Assembly: GCF_009914755.1 (NCBI RefSeq)
Contig: NC_060930.1
DNA from: the human T2T-CHM13v2.0 reference genome, Homo sapiens
Length of the DNA stretch: 64,000 nucleotides
Direction: 5' to 3' (one strand)
The notes beneath the pieces are model-generated. The model worked only from the letters and a program-made list of their open reading frames with translations, had not been told where the DNA came from and did no database searches. The translations under genes were made by a program, and so were the position numbers. This document shows positions 24,422 to 39,197 of this stretch, piece by piece; the stretch's first letter is position 1; every line of letters begins with the position of its first letter.

Positions 24422-26704
24422 ATGCGCTTAATTCTGGCAATGTTGGAAATTGAAATGGGGACTTGTTTAATTTAATATGAGGATCCTAAATACAGATTTT
24501 TAGGAGATGGTGTGAAATTGCACATTTATAAAATCCTATTTATTTCAGCAAAGAAAAATATTAACCTTATTTCTATTTTTCTTACTTAGTCTTCAGGTGA
24601 GAAAGGAGCAAAAGAATGAATAGCAGGAGGTGATAGGGTTAGGCTGTGTTAGCTTCTTGGTTTTCTGATGGGTGGGAGGGCACCAGTGCTCATCACTACA
24701 GCTCTCCCAAGGGATTGGCAGTAATATGAACCTGTATGTTTATTGAAAATAGTGTTTTTCTGCAGAGGATGTGTATTTAAAATATGCATTGCCATGGGTT
24801 CTCCAGTATTTGTTTTTAGTGTAAAGGTGCTTTCAAATATAGTAGGTGCTTTTCTGGTAAGCAAAGTATTCAAATATGTAAAGCATCTTGATCTTTGGCT
24901 AGCTGATGTGTTTACTAGCTATGTGAGTGGTTAATGTGTCAGGGGCTGTGAATAAATCAAAACTGTGTCTGGTTTCCTGTGATGGGAGCACCAGCACACT
25001 GCCTCTTTATGTGATCATTTTTATAGAGACCTCCTTATCACTTTAGAAATCTATATCTACTGATTCTTAGGCATAAGGGCAAGTTACCAGTCGCTTTAAA
25101 TTGTAAAAGAAACAAGGTAATTTTCCATCTTTGAGAACCTCCTGCATGCTGTTCTGTGGTAATTCCAAATGTCAGCATTTAGCACTGGGTAAAGTGGGCT
25201 TTCTCTTTTGGGATGTAAAAATATGGACAAGGAGAAGAGTAAACAGTGACTTGCACTAGGGCCTATTTTTATTTCTGAATTAAAACTGTATGGATTTTTA
25301 TCACATGGAAAAGCTCTTTTCAATTTTTAAATCAAGTATTTTGAACGTTCTAAGTATGAACTGGACAGTTTGTCGAGATAGTAATAACCTGGTATACTTT
25401 GTTATATTCCTTTATTCATAGGAATATTTGTATGGTATTCCTTTATTCATAGGAATTGTCGTATACAAAGATAACACTGCCTCCATGTTTCTCACTCCAC
25501 CTTGAATGGTATATTCAGGGTGAATTCAGTGGAGAGGTTTAAAATGTGGAATTTTTTAGGCTGTCTATGAACTTGTTGATTTGATGTATTGGAAATAATA
25601 ATTTAGCTCTTCATCTCAGTTCTGAACTTTTTCTATTTAGCTCAGAAAGCTGGTTCCATTTCATTTTCTTCTATTCAACTAAGAATATAGATTTGGAAAT
25701 TAACTGGGTACTCTGGGTTATTTCAAAGATCAAGAAAGAATTTTGTTTCCATTTCTCATGTGATATATACAGTTTGGAAGCAGGAAGATGATAACTGAAT
25801 ATGGTCATAACTAATTAAAATATTGTATTCAGGACTGGGATTAAATGTAGCTAAGGAGAAAAATACTACAGATGCTGGAAACCTGTAAGGCTTCTGAATT
25901 AGCTGAATCCCCAGCGAATCTTCATTATTGACTAGAGGTAATAGTATGGTATTCTCCTTCTTTGCAAGGCTTGAAAATTTATTGAATTGCCACTAAAAGC
26001 TTACAGAAGGTAAGGGAAACTTCCTAGAAGCAATTATGCTACATTTTGCCATTGAAGTTTTCTAAATTTTTCCCTTATGTGATAGGATTTTGAATGAAAC
26101 TAAGGAAAACAAAATGTTAAAATAGACCATCATAGTCTCGTCTTGAATTAGTCCATACTCACAGGGTTTGAAAAGTGGCAGTTGAATATAGATGTCTCGG
26201 AATACAGCTTATCTGCCAAATGACAGATGGTTCAAAGCCAGAAGAGAAATGCTCCAGAAAATGTAGCTGAGGATAAGGCTGATTCTGGAGAGAACTGAGC
26301 AGCTGTTTAGTGGTTGTGCTATCACCGATCATTAGCATAGCCTCTTTTTCATTCCGCCACATTAATTTGTTATTATTTTCACTTTTGTGATGACTCAACT
26401 ATGCCTTTTGTTAGAAAGGATGATATGTGCAGCAAGGTTCACTGAGTACAAATATTCTAAAACTATTATACTGAACTAAATATTTTCTTTTTGATGGGGG
26501 AGCATGAATGATTTGTATCACACATTAATTTAAAAAATTTTGAAAATGGATTTTTGTTGTACTTCATTATAATGTTGAGAGCATGTCATTGTGTCTTGCT
26601 ATTAGAATTCAATTAAAAGAGGCTCCAGAGAAGTAAGAGAAGAACTTCATCATGTAGAGTTCATGAATTGTCATTTATGACCTTTCAAATTACCAAGTAT
26701 CTAG

Positions 26705-27840
26705 TTTTTAATTTATTTGTTTAAGTCAACCTTATTGACATAAATGATAAAATGCACCATATTAAGTGTGTGTCAATGGGTTTTGACAAATTCAGCCACC
26801 CCTGAACTCCGCTCCCATGTAAACACCACCACAATCAAGATATAGAATGTTTCCATCACCTTCAAATGTTTATGTTCCTTTCTATTTAATCAATCCCACT
26901 GGAGCCCCAAGGGATCACTGATCAGTTTCCTATACCTATATATTAGACTTGTCATTTTTTTAGAGTTTCATATTAAAGGAAATCATATAGAATGTACACT
27001 TTTGTGTGTAGCTTCTTTTGCTTAACAAAGTCTTTTTAAAGATGCACTTGGTGGTTGTGTGTTTCAATAGTTCATTCCTTTTTATTGATGCATAGTATTT
27101 CATTGTATGAATATGTCACAATTCACCTATCGAAATACATTTGCATTGTTTGGCCATTTTGAATAAAGTCGTATTGAACGTTTGCTTATAGGTCTTCATA
27201 TGGGCATATATTTTCATTTCTCTTGGTTGAAAACCTTGAAGGGGAATTGTTGAGTTATATGGTAAATGTAAATTTAAATTTATAAAAACTGGGAAACTGT
27301 TTTCTAAAGCAGGTATACCATTTTACATTCCCTCTGGAAATATATGTATGAGATTTCCAGTTGTTCTATACTCTTGCCAAGACATGGTATTAACAGTTTT
27401 TAAAAATGTTGCCATTGTAATGGCTATATAATATTATCTTATGGTTTTAATTTGCATCACACTGATGACTAAATATGGTAAGCATATTTTCATATGTCAT
27501 TGTATATATGTGTGTGTGTGTATACATATATATATGTATATGTATACACATACATATATATATGTATACACACACACACATATGTATATCTTTTTTTGTG
27601 GAGTGTCTGTACAGATCTTCTCCCGTTTTCTTATTGGCTTTTTTGTCTCATTGAATTGTGAAAGTTCTTTTTGTATTTTTGAAACAAGTCATTTTTCAGA
27701 TATATGTATTGTGAATATTTTCTCTGAGTCTGAGCCTTGCCCTTTAATTTTCTTAATAGTGTTTTTTGAAGAGCAGAAATTTTAAATTTTGATCAGGTTC
27801 AATTTATTGTTGTTGTTTTTTCTTTGATGGTATTTTGTGT
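26705..27840 (-). mobile_element. Ancient L1 3' end (L1ME/L1MD-like) with an internal TA/CA tract
   Basis: caccaccacaatcaagatatagaatgtttccatcacc, atagttcattcctttttattg, ggttttaatttgcatcacactgatgactaa. TA/CA tract at ~27503-27588. Confidence 0.8.
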
Positions 27841-27869
27841 TGAGATACTGATCTCAGTTAATTCTAGCA

Positions 27870-28430
27870 CCATATGTTCCCAGTGATCCAAAATAGAAAC
27901 GTGGTCATTCTTCATTTATCTCTTCTCTTTGTAGTCTATGTTGATTGCATCTTCTAAATCTCTCCAGGCTCCATCTACTTCTCTCCGTCTATTTCTCTCC
28001 CCCCTCACCTCAATTCATCTAGTCTAGACAATCATCTTCTATTGCCTGGTTTGCTGTAATAATGCTCTTGGGTGATCATTCAGAAATATTAACCTGATGA
28101 CTATACTTTCTGCTTAAAACCCAGCAGTTGATCATCTTTGTTCTTAGAACAAATTATAAACTTTTAAATATAGTCCTTAATGATCTGGACCTAACTTACA
28201 CTTCCAATTTCCTCTTTTCCTACTTTCTCCCTCTAATGTACCTCTGCTTACAATGTTCAACCTTTTAACCATGCTGAACTTTGATTATTTCTTCAAAGAC
28301 TCTAGCTTTTTCTTAGTTTCATGTCCTTGGTCAAGCTATAGTCTACTCACTTGTTGTGAGTCTAGCTAGGCATCCTTTCCTCTGGGGTATTTCCCCTATG
28401 CCCAAGGCTGGATTATGTGGCCCTGACAGT
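27870..28430 (+). mobile_element. L2 fragment
   Basis: ccatctacttctctcc, ttctgcttaaaaccc, taatgatctggacc. Confidence 0.6.
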
Positions 28431-29284
28431 GCTTTCCATTTAGTGGGGGCATACATAGACAAGTAATTATGTATTTTTAAGAAAGTGAGATAAGTACTAT
28501 GGATAGAACCTTATAAAGGAAGTACTGTTAGTTGGGGAGTGTATTTTATGTTTCAAGTTATTCTTTCCAATGTGAAACCTTGCAGTTTTACCTGGGTACA
28601 CTCTATATACTGCACTATGAAATCAGGACAAGGATTCTTAACGGTTTTGAACAGACATTAATCAAGGCCAGTGGGCAAAGTGGGAAGAGGCCCGTAGGGG
28701 GCAGCAGAGGACCACATACAACGAAAGTCATCGGCGGGGGCAAGTGCTTGTGCAGGGACCTCTGTAATTAGCCAGGGGGTTAAACCCTTTGCCCTTTTAT
28801 CCTCCATAGTTAATAAGGATAAAAGCTAAAGGAGTTGAGGTGTAAAAACTCACAAACACAAGTGCCTATAGAGATGTGACAAGAAACATACTTCTGTGAA
28901 TGTGACCAATGAAAGACAAAAGGTGATGAAGGTCTGTGGCCAAGTTGAGAGTACATGCTCTACCTGGAGGCATGCAAGTGAATTCAAAAGCATGCAAATG
29001 AAACAGAGCTTTGCTAGGCAATCCACATGTGATATCTCTGCACATGTGCTGTGAGTTGGTTGCTCTGGGATGCTATCTGAAGAGGGTGGGAATGGCAGAC
29101 CATACCAAGCCAGAAAGGAACCCCTTTTGAAGATGGAAAGGGGGCAGGAAATGTCAGCTGAGTGAGAACTAGAATCAGGACTCGAAAAAGATGGAAATGA
29201 GGATTTAGCTGAGGTCAATTATAGGGGAGTAAGTAAGGATGGTGGTCAATAGTGATGTGAGGGCTGAGGAAGAAGTGATGGAAT

Positions 29285-29740
29285 TACTACTTATTGGGTA
29301 CCTACTGTGTGTATCATCAAATACATATATGTTTGATGATATTATATATATATGTGTGTATATATATAGTACTATATATGTGTATATATAGTACTATATA
29401 TGTGTATATATAGTACTATATATGTGTATATATAGTACTATATATGTGTATATATAGTGTATATATGTGTATATGTGTATATATAGTGTATATATATACA
29501 CACATATATAGTACTATATATATACACACACATATATATAACATACATAACATATCTATAACATATATGACATATCTATATAACATATATATATAACATA
29601 TATATATATCTTCTCTTAATTCTAATGACAACCCTTGGGAAGAATGAGTTATTTTCCTCATTTGCACATGAAAAAACTGTATCTCCTTATGCAAGTTCAC
29701 ACAGAACTCAGGCCTATCTAGCTCTAACTCCAAGTCTCTA
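29285..29740 (-). mobile_element. MIR interrupted by a TA-rich expansion
   Basis: ttattgggtacctactgtgtg lies before the TA tract and attttcctcatttgcacatgaaaaaactg lies after it. Confidence 0.7.
29341..29609 (+). repeat. TA-rich minisatellite, 22-bp unit tatatatgtgtatatatagtac x ~4, then degenerate
   Basis: Direct reading of the sequence. Confidence 0.9.
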
Positions 29741-29819
29741 AAGTAGGTGGGAGAATTGGTAAATCGAGGCTTGGTAATCAACCACAGGTTGGCAATAAGG
29801 TACTATTAGAGTTGTGGGC

Positions 29820-29990
29820 CAGTGCTTTTTAAGATTTAAAGTGCATCTGAATCCCCATGTAGGAATAAAGATTCTGACTTAGGAGGCATTGGACGAGGGT
29901 TGAGATTCTGTGTGTCTAATAAGCATTAGATGAGGCCTGAGATTCTGCGTGTCTAATAAGATAGATGATGTCCATGTTGCTGGCTCTGTA
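29820..29990. mobile_element. MER5-like hAT MITE fragment with an internal 37-bp tandem duplication
   Basis: gattctgac...ggcctgagattctgcgtgtctaataag...atgttgctgg resembles MER5. The duplicated unit starts at 29886 and 29923. Confidence 0.65.
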
Positions 29991-30134
29991 GATCTGTAGA
30001 AGCGAGGTTCCAGGCCAGGTTCAACTAGACCTGATATTGTTGCAATAGGCTTTATTGTACTCTCTAACTCAAAAGGCCAGAGTAGATTGAAGAAAGTAAC
30101 TTTTATGGGGATGAGGGGCTTAATTGCACACAAC

Positions 30135-30295
30135 CTAGTTTCTGAGCTGTGAGATCTTCTGTCAGAAGATCTGGATTTTAATCTGTCCTCCACTAATTCC
30201 TACCTGAGTGATTTTGAGCAAAGCAACTACCTTCTTGAAGAATTAGTTGCCTCATCTACATAATGAGAATAATAAAAGTATCTACTATGAAATGA
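30135..30295 (+). mobile_element. MIR SINE
   Basis: gtcagaagatctggattttaatct...tgagtgattttgagcaa...cctcatctacataatgagaataataa. Confidence 0.75.
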
Positions 30296-32514
30296 ATAGT
30301 AACACACTTTTGCAATGTTAGTATTTCGTACTGTCAAATGTGACTGATCAAGATCATGGCACAATTTTGAACATCATAATCATCATCATACTTTTATATT
30401 TACACTCTGTTGAGGATGGATATCTTGTAATATTATTAAACATATACTCTTACTTTTAAGTTTACTCTCACTTTCTAAACTTACTTTTCCTGGACAGTAC
30501 TAGGTTAAGGCTCCCACTTGAAATATCTCTGGTCTAACCCAATGTCTTGAGCTTCTCCCATTTACTCTGAACTCCTCACTGCCATGTTGCCATAATTCCC
30601 TATTGGAATAAATAAATATATACATGTGCCTTGCAAATAATTCAAAGTGAGAACTAGAGAAGCCATGTCTTTGGCTGGGACTATCTTCATTTTTCTTATC
30701 TCTTGTAAAATTTAACTGTGATATTTTGGAGATGACTCAATATTTGTGATAGAGGAGATTTTGATCTGTAAAGGATTGGAGATTGATGGTTTCCTGTGAT
30801 TGACATCTTTTTGACTTCTTATACTCCCTCAAATCTCTAGATCTGGGTAGTGAACTTCATCACCTTTATATAGGGCTGTTTTTAAATTTGCATTTGAGTG
30901 ACTTTTCTTGGATGCAGCTCGTTGGAGGGCCATGAAATACTGTTTATGGAGAAGGAAAATTAATATTGTGGTGACTGTATCTGGCAGATTTTTACATCTC
31001 CCCATTCATGTAATCATTTATATGAAACTTCCTTCAGTGGGCAACAACTCACAGTTGAGGGAATTTGTCTATAATAAACCACTTGGCTTATGTTACATCA
31101 AATTAGATCAGATCAATTTCCTTCATTCTTAATTCCTTCCATATCACATCAGAATGCTTCTTAAATGAGATGCCTGCAAACAGATCTGGATCCTTAAGGG
31201 AATGTCAAACTACTTTTAGGAAAGAAGATTTCCTTTTTGTGAATGATCAATTGAGGAATGGCAGAATGCAGAACTAGGTATAGGAAAATATTTGAGCAGA
31301 AAAATAAATTTCTAAGATATACTATTTTAATTTGTTGCTAAGTCACTTTATATATTTTTGACTCTGAAAGCTTGTGAAGTCCTTATTTTAACTCTTAAGG
31401 AAAGGATGTTGCTGCTTCATAAAGAATATAGAGAACAATGTTAATTTATAAAAGAAATAAGAGTCTAAGTGAGCATTACAATATTGGAAGGCCTCCTGTG
31501 GGTATACCACTTTATAATACTGATTTCCCACAAGCATATATCAGCTCATATTAATGCGCATATAGATAGGTACACCATCTGTTAGGGAGTTAAATGCCAG
31601 AAAACATTTCTATGGGTTTTCTTGAATCATACTAATTCAGAGAGTGTCTATGATACTTGATAAACTTGCTGACCAAACAGGTAAGAAGAAGTTGTGTTTA
31701 CCTCTTGACATAAGAGTTTTTTCCCTTTCAGACATTACTTGAAACTTTGCCATCCTGGAAATGTCTGTAGGATTTATTGCCTTACATCCCATTTTGAATT
31801 TTTATTATTTTTCCATTCATCCTAATTTTTCCATTCATCTTTCTTGTGAATGTGTGTTCTTTCTCCATATAATTAACAGACAATAAAAGCTAAGTGATTA
31901 CTATAGGGGTTGAATGGCTGGAATGATTTTTCTCTGCTCAAAGAAATGAATGTACATAATCACCTGGGTAATCAAACAAAGTAAGAGAAAGAGAAAGACC
32001 AATTTATTTCAACTTATTTCCTCCAAGATAAAATTGGATAATACAATATACTGTGGTTGGATGCATAGAGTATCAAGTTACTTAGTAGTAATTAGAATTT
32101 TTATATCAAGTGTTGACCTGCACTCTATATGGATGGTTAAAGGAGAAAGACAACGAGAAAAACTTGTAGCTCAGTAACACATGAAATCCTTAGACTAGCA
32201 GAACTGTCAAGATCATGTTAAATATAAAAACAGATTTGAATAACTTTTTCAAACAGACAACTCAAATAACTCAGGAGAGGAGACAAATATTAAAATTCTA
32301 TGGCTTGGGTCATATCTCATATCATAGACAGAGTGTTTGTGTGCTTTGTACCATGGCTACAAGTCATAGGAAAATCAGCAAGAAGAGAGGAATTCTTGTG
32401 GGATGTTTGAATCAATTCATGTCATATTTTAAGCACAACTTTTCCCCCCACTGGGTGAATATATAATGTCTATTTTCATGTGCAATAATAACTCGGCTGA
32501 TATTTTTGGAAATT

Positions 32515-32703
32515 CTTTGTTGGTTTTATTTCTCTTTGTATTTTTATTTAGTTTACTTGTTTGTTTATTCATATATTTAATTTTTGTAGAGAAAGGATCT
32601 CACTATGTTGCCCAGTCTGGTCTTAACTTTTGGCCAAAAGCAATTTTCCTGCGTCAACCTCTCAAAGCGCTAGGATTAGAGGTGTGAGACACCATGCTCA
32701 GAC
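32515..32703 (-). mobile_element. Alu left monomer (FLAM-like)
   Basis: tttttgtagagaaaggatctcactatgttgcccag...caaagcgctaggattagaggtgtgagacacc with a T-rich tail. Confidence 0.85.
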
Positions 32704-33080
32704 TATTCATTTGTTTTTAAAGACATTAGACAGACACTGGACAGGTAATGTACCAGACTCTAAATATCCCCAAAGTGTAGATTTTTCTTTTTTTAAAATT
32801 TAATATAAATAAATTAATTAATTAATATTTAAATTTGAGATTTGGGGATACATGTGCAGGTTTGTTACTTGGGTATATTGCATAATTCTGAGGTTTACGG
32901 TATGAATGATTCCGTCACCAAGGTCCTGAGCATAATACCCAATAGGCAGTTTTTCAGCCCTTGCTCCCCTCTTTCCCTTTCTACTCTAGTAGTCTCCAGT
33001 GTCTATTGTTCCCATCTTTATGTTCGCATGTACCTGATGTTCAACCCCCTTATAAGTGAGAAGATGGCATTTGGTTTTCT

Positions 33081-35387
<2,307 letters not shown>

Positions 35388-37107
35388 GGCATTTGGTTTT
35401 CTGCTCTTGTGTTAATTTGCTTAGAATAGTCGCCTCCAGTTGCATCTATGTTGCAGCAAAGAACATGATTTCATTCTTCTTATGGCTATGTAGCATTCCA
35501 TGGTGTATATGTACCACATTTTCTTTATCCAACTAGCTGCTGGCATGGGCAACTGGGTTGATTCCATGTATTTGTTATTGTGAATCATGCTGCAATAAAC
35601 ATACAAGTGCAGATGACTTTTTGATAGCATAATTTAAATTTCTTTGGATATATATCCAGTAATGGGAATGCCGAGTCAAATAGTAATTTTGCTTGTATTT
35701 CTTTGATGAATCTCCCAACTGCTTTCCCCGAGGGTTTAACTAATTTGCACTCGCACCAACAGTGTACAAGTGTTCCCTTTTCTCCACAAGCTTGCCAACA
35801 TCTGTTATTTTCTGACTGTTAATAATAGCAATTCCAACTGCTGTAAATGGTAAGTCCTTGTGGTTTTGATTTGCATCTCTCTGATGATCAGTGACGTTGA
35901 GCATTTTTTTCATGTTTGTTGGCATTTTTATGTCTTCCTTTGAGAAGTGTCTGTTTATGTTATTTGCCCATTTTAAAAAATGGAGTTATTTGTTTTGTTG
36001 TTGATTATTTATTTAAATTCCTTATAGATTCTGGATATTAGTCCTATATTGGATGCATAGTTTGTGAATATTTTTTCCCATTCTGTAGGTCATCTGTTTA
36101 CTCTGTTAATAGTTTCTTTTGCTGTGCAGGAGCTCCTTAGTTTAATTATGTCTCAATTGTCAATTTTTGGTTCTGTTGCATTTGCTTCTGAGAGCTTAGT
36201 CATAAATTATTGGCCTAGGCCAATGTCTGGAAGAGTATTTTCTAGGTTTTCTTCTCGGATTTTAATATCTTGAGGTCTTACATTTAAATCTTTAATCCAT
36301 CTTCAGTTAATTTTTTTATAAGGTGAGAGGTGGGCATCTAGATTTACTCTTCCCCATATGGTTAGCCAGTTTTCTCAGCACCATTTATTGAATAGGCTAT
36401 TATCTTCCCATTGTTTACTTTTGTTGATGATCAATTGATTGTAGATGTGCAGCTTTATTTTGGGGACTCTATTCTGTTCCATTGGTTGATGTCTCTATTT
36501 TTGTACCAGTAACATGCTGTTTTTGGTTACTATGGCCTTGTAGTATATTGAAGTTGAATAATATGATGCTTCCAACTGTATTCTTTTTTTTTCAGAATTG
36601 GTTGGATATTTGGGCTCTTTGTTGGTTCAATATGAATTTTAGAATAGCTTTTTCTAGTTCTGTGAAATACGATATTGGTAGCATTGTATCTATAGATTTT
36701 CTTTGTCAGTATGGACAATTTAATGATGCTTTTCTTCCCATCCATGAGCATGGAATGCTTTTCCACTTATTTGTGTTGTTTATGATATTTTTCAGCAGTG
36801 TTCTATAGCTCTCCTTGTAGCAAGATTTTATCTCCCTTGTTGGATGTATTCCTAGGTATTTTATTTTTTGTTGCCATTATAATGGGATTGTGTTCTTGAT
36901 TTGACTCTCAACTTGATTGTTATTGGTAAACTGATTTTTGTACATTGATTTTATATCCTGAGACTTTGCTGAAGTTGTTTGTTAGGTCTAGGAGATTTTG
37001 GCAGACTCTTTAGGGTTTTCTAGGTATAGAATCAGCAAAAAGATAATTTGCCTTCCTCTTTGCCTATTTGGATGCTTTTTCTTTCTTTCTCTTGCTTGAT
37101 TGCTCTG

Positions 37108-37255
37108 GCTAGGACTTCCAGTACTATGTTGCATAGGACTGATGAGAGTGGTGACAGTGGACATCCTTGTATTGTTCCAGTGCTAGGACTTCCAGTACTA
37201 TGTTGCATAGGACTGATGAGAGTGGTGACAGTGGACATCCTTGTATTGTTCCAGT
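37108..37255 (+). repeat. Perfect 74-bp tandem duplication inside the old L1 ORF2
   Basis: 37108-37181 is identical to 37182-37255. Confidence 0.95.
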
Positions 37256-38824
37256 TCTTCAGGGGAATGTTTTCAACTTCCATTCCATATATTATTTGAT
37301 GATGGCTATGGTTTTGTCATAGATGATTCCTTATTTTGAGGTATATTTCTTTGATGCCTAACTTGTTGAGAGTTTTTATCATGAAGAGATATTGAATATT
37401 ATCAAACACATTTTCTGCATCTATTGAGACAATCCTATGGTTTTTGTTTCTAATTCGGTTTATGTAGTGAATAACATTTATTGATGTGTAAGTTGAACCA
37501 TCCTTGCATCCCAAAAGAAAGCCCATGTGATTGCGGTGAATCAAATTTTTGATGAACTACTGGATTCAGTTTGCTAGTATTTTATTGAGGATTTTGTGTC
37601 TGTATTTATCAGGGATATTGACTTGTAGTTAACTTTTTTGGTGTATGTCTTTGCCAGATTTTGTTAAGAGGATCATACTGGTTTTGGAGAATGAGTTAGG
37701 AAACAGTTTCTCCTCCTTGATTTTTTGGAGTCGTTCCAGTGGGATTGGTACCAGCTTTGTAAGTCTACTAGAATTCAGCCATGAATCTATCTGGTCCTAG
37801 GCTCTTTTGATTGGTAGGTTTTTAATTACTGATTCAATTTTATTATTTATTATTGGTTTGTTCAGGATTTCTGTTTCTTCTTGGTTCAGTCTTGGAAGGT
37901 TGTATGTTTCCAGGAATGTATTGATTTCCTTGAGATTTTCTAGTTTGTGTGCATAGAGATGTCTCTGAGGAACTTTTGTGCTTCTGTGGGATCAGTTGTG
38001 ATGTCACCTTTGTCCTTTCTGTTTGTACTCATTTGGATCTTCTCTTTTTTTCCTTTGCTAATCTAACTAGTGGTTTATCAATCACGTTTATCCTTTCAAA
38101 AAAGTAACTTTTTATTTTTCTGTTCCTTTATGTGTTTTTTGGAGGTCTTAATTTTATTTAGCTCTGGTCTGATTTTACTTATTTCTTTTATCCTGCTAGC
38201 TTTGGGTTGTTTGTTTTTTCTAGTTCTTTCAGATGTAAGGTTAGGTTGTTAGTTTGAGATCTTTCTGTCTTCTTGATTTAGGTGTTTAGTGCTGTAAACT
38301 TTCCTCTTAACACTTCTTTTCTATATCCCACAGGTTTTGCTATGTTGTATCTCCATTTCCATATGTTTCAAAGAATTTTTTTATTTCTGTCTTAATTTCG
38401 TTATTTACCCAACAAAAGCCATTCAGAAGCAAGTTGTTTAGTTTCTGTATGTTTGTTTGGTATTGTGAGTTCCTCATTGCAGTTTGAGAAGATGCTTGGT
38501 ATGATTTTGATTATTATGAATTTATCGAGACTTGCTTTATGACTGAGCATATGGTCAATCTTAAAGTACATGCCACATGCATATGAGAAAAATGTATATT
38601 CTGTGGTTGTTGGATAAAGTATTCTGTAGATGTGATTAGGTCTGATTGGTAGAATGTTGAATTTAAGCCCAGAATTTATTTTTTAGTTTTCTGCTTTGAT
38701 GATCTATTTAAAGCTGTCAGTGGGATGTTGAAGTCCTACACTATTATTGTGTGGCTGTCAAAGTCTTATTTTAGATCTAGAAGTAATTGTTTCATAAATC
38801 TGGATGCTCCAATGTTTCCCTTTG

Positions 38825-39136
38825 TGGTTTCCTTGTCCCTTTTTTGGCTGAGTAGTGGCTGCAACACATCAGTCCAACCTCAGGCTGAAGGTGAGTTGCA
38901 TTCCAGTGTTAAACTCTTGAAATGATGCCTTGGGACTGGGACCAGAGAGGGTGGGGCATCACCTAGGCAAGCAGCATGAGCAGAAAACTGTGAGGAGTGC
39001 AGGCCACTTGCATCTCAGCCTCAATAGCAGCTTGCAAGAGGGCAGCAATTACCCTCCTGGGAGTGTGCCTTTCTCCCTTCCTCTCCCTCCTTGGAGCAGT
39101 GCAGTGGCTGCAGCCCTATATCTAGGTACCCAGTAT
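38825..39136 (-). other. Ectopic 312-bp copy of L1 5'UTR sequence (matches 45161-45472) inserted in ORF2
   Basis: Colinear match from tggtttcc to taggtacccagtat, same length and same orientation. Confidence 0.9.
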
Positions 39137-39158
39137 TTTAAACAATGCATTTTAAAGG

Positions 39159-39197
39159 AATGACAAAAACCACAGTTACTTTTGCACCAGCATAATA
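39159..39197. mobile_element. Half MADE1 (Hsmar1-derived MITE) terminal inverted repeat
   Basis: aatgacaaaaaccacagttacttttgcaccagcataata compared with MADE1 aatggcaaaaaccgcaattacttttgcaccaacctaata. Confidence 0.8.

Noticed and set aside
28525-29270. GC-richer segment with CATG pairs resembling a p53 site or an ancient LTR
   Set aside because: The half-sites are mismatched and spaced apart, and I could not assign a repeat family with confidence.
29416-29781. 121-aa Tyr/Ile-rich ORF (also 8208-8399 and 27441-27785)
   Set aside because: Translation of TA-rich low-complexity repeats.
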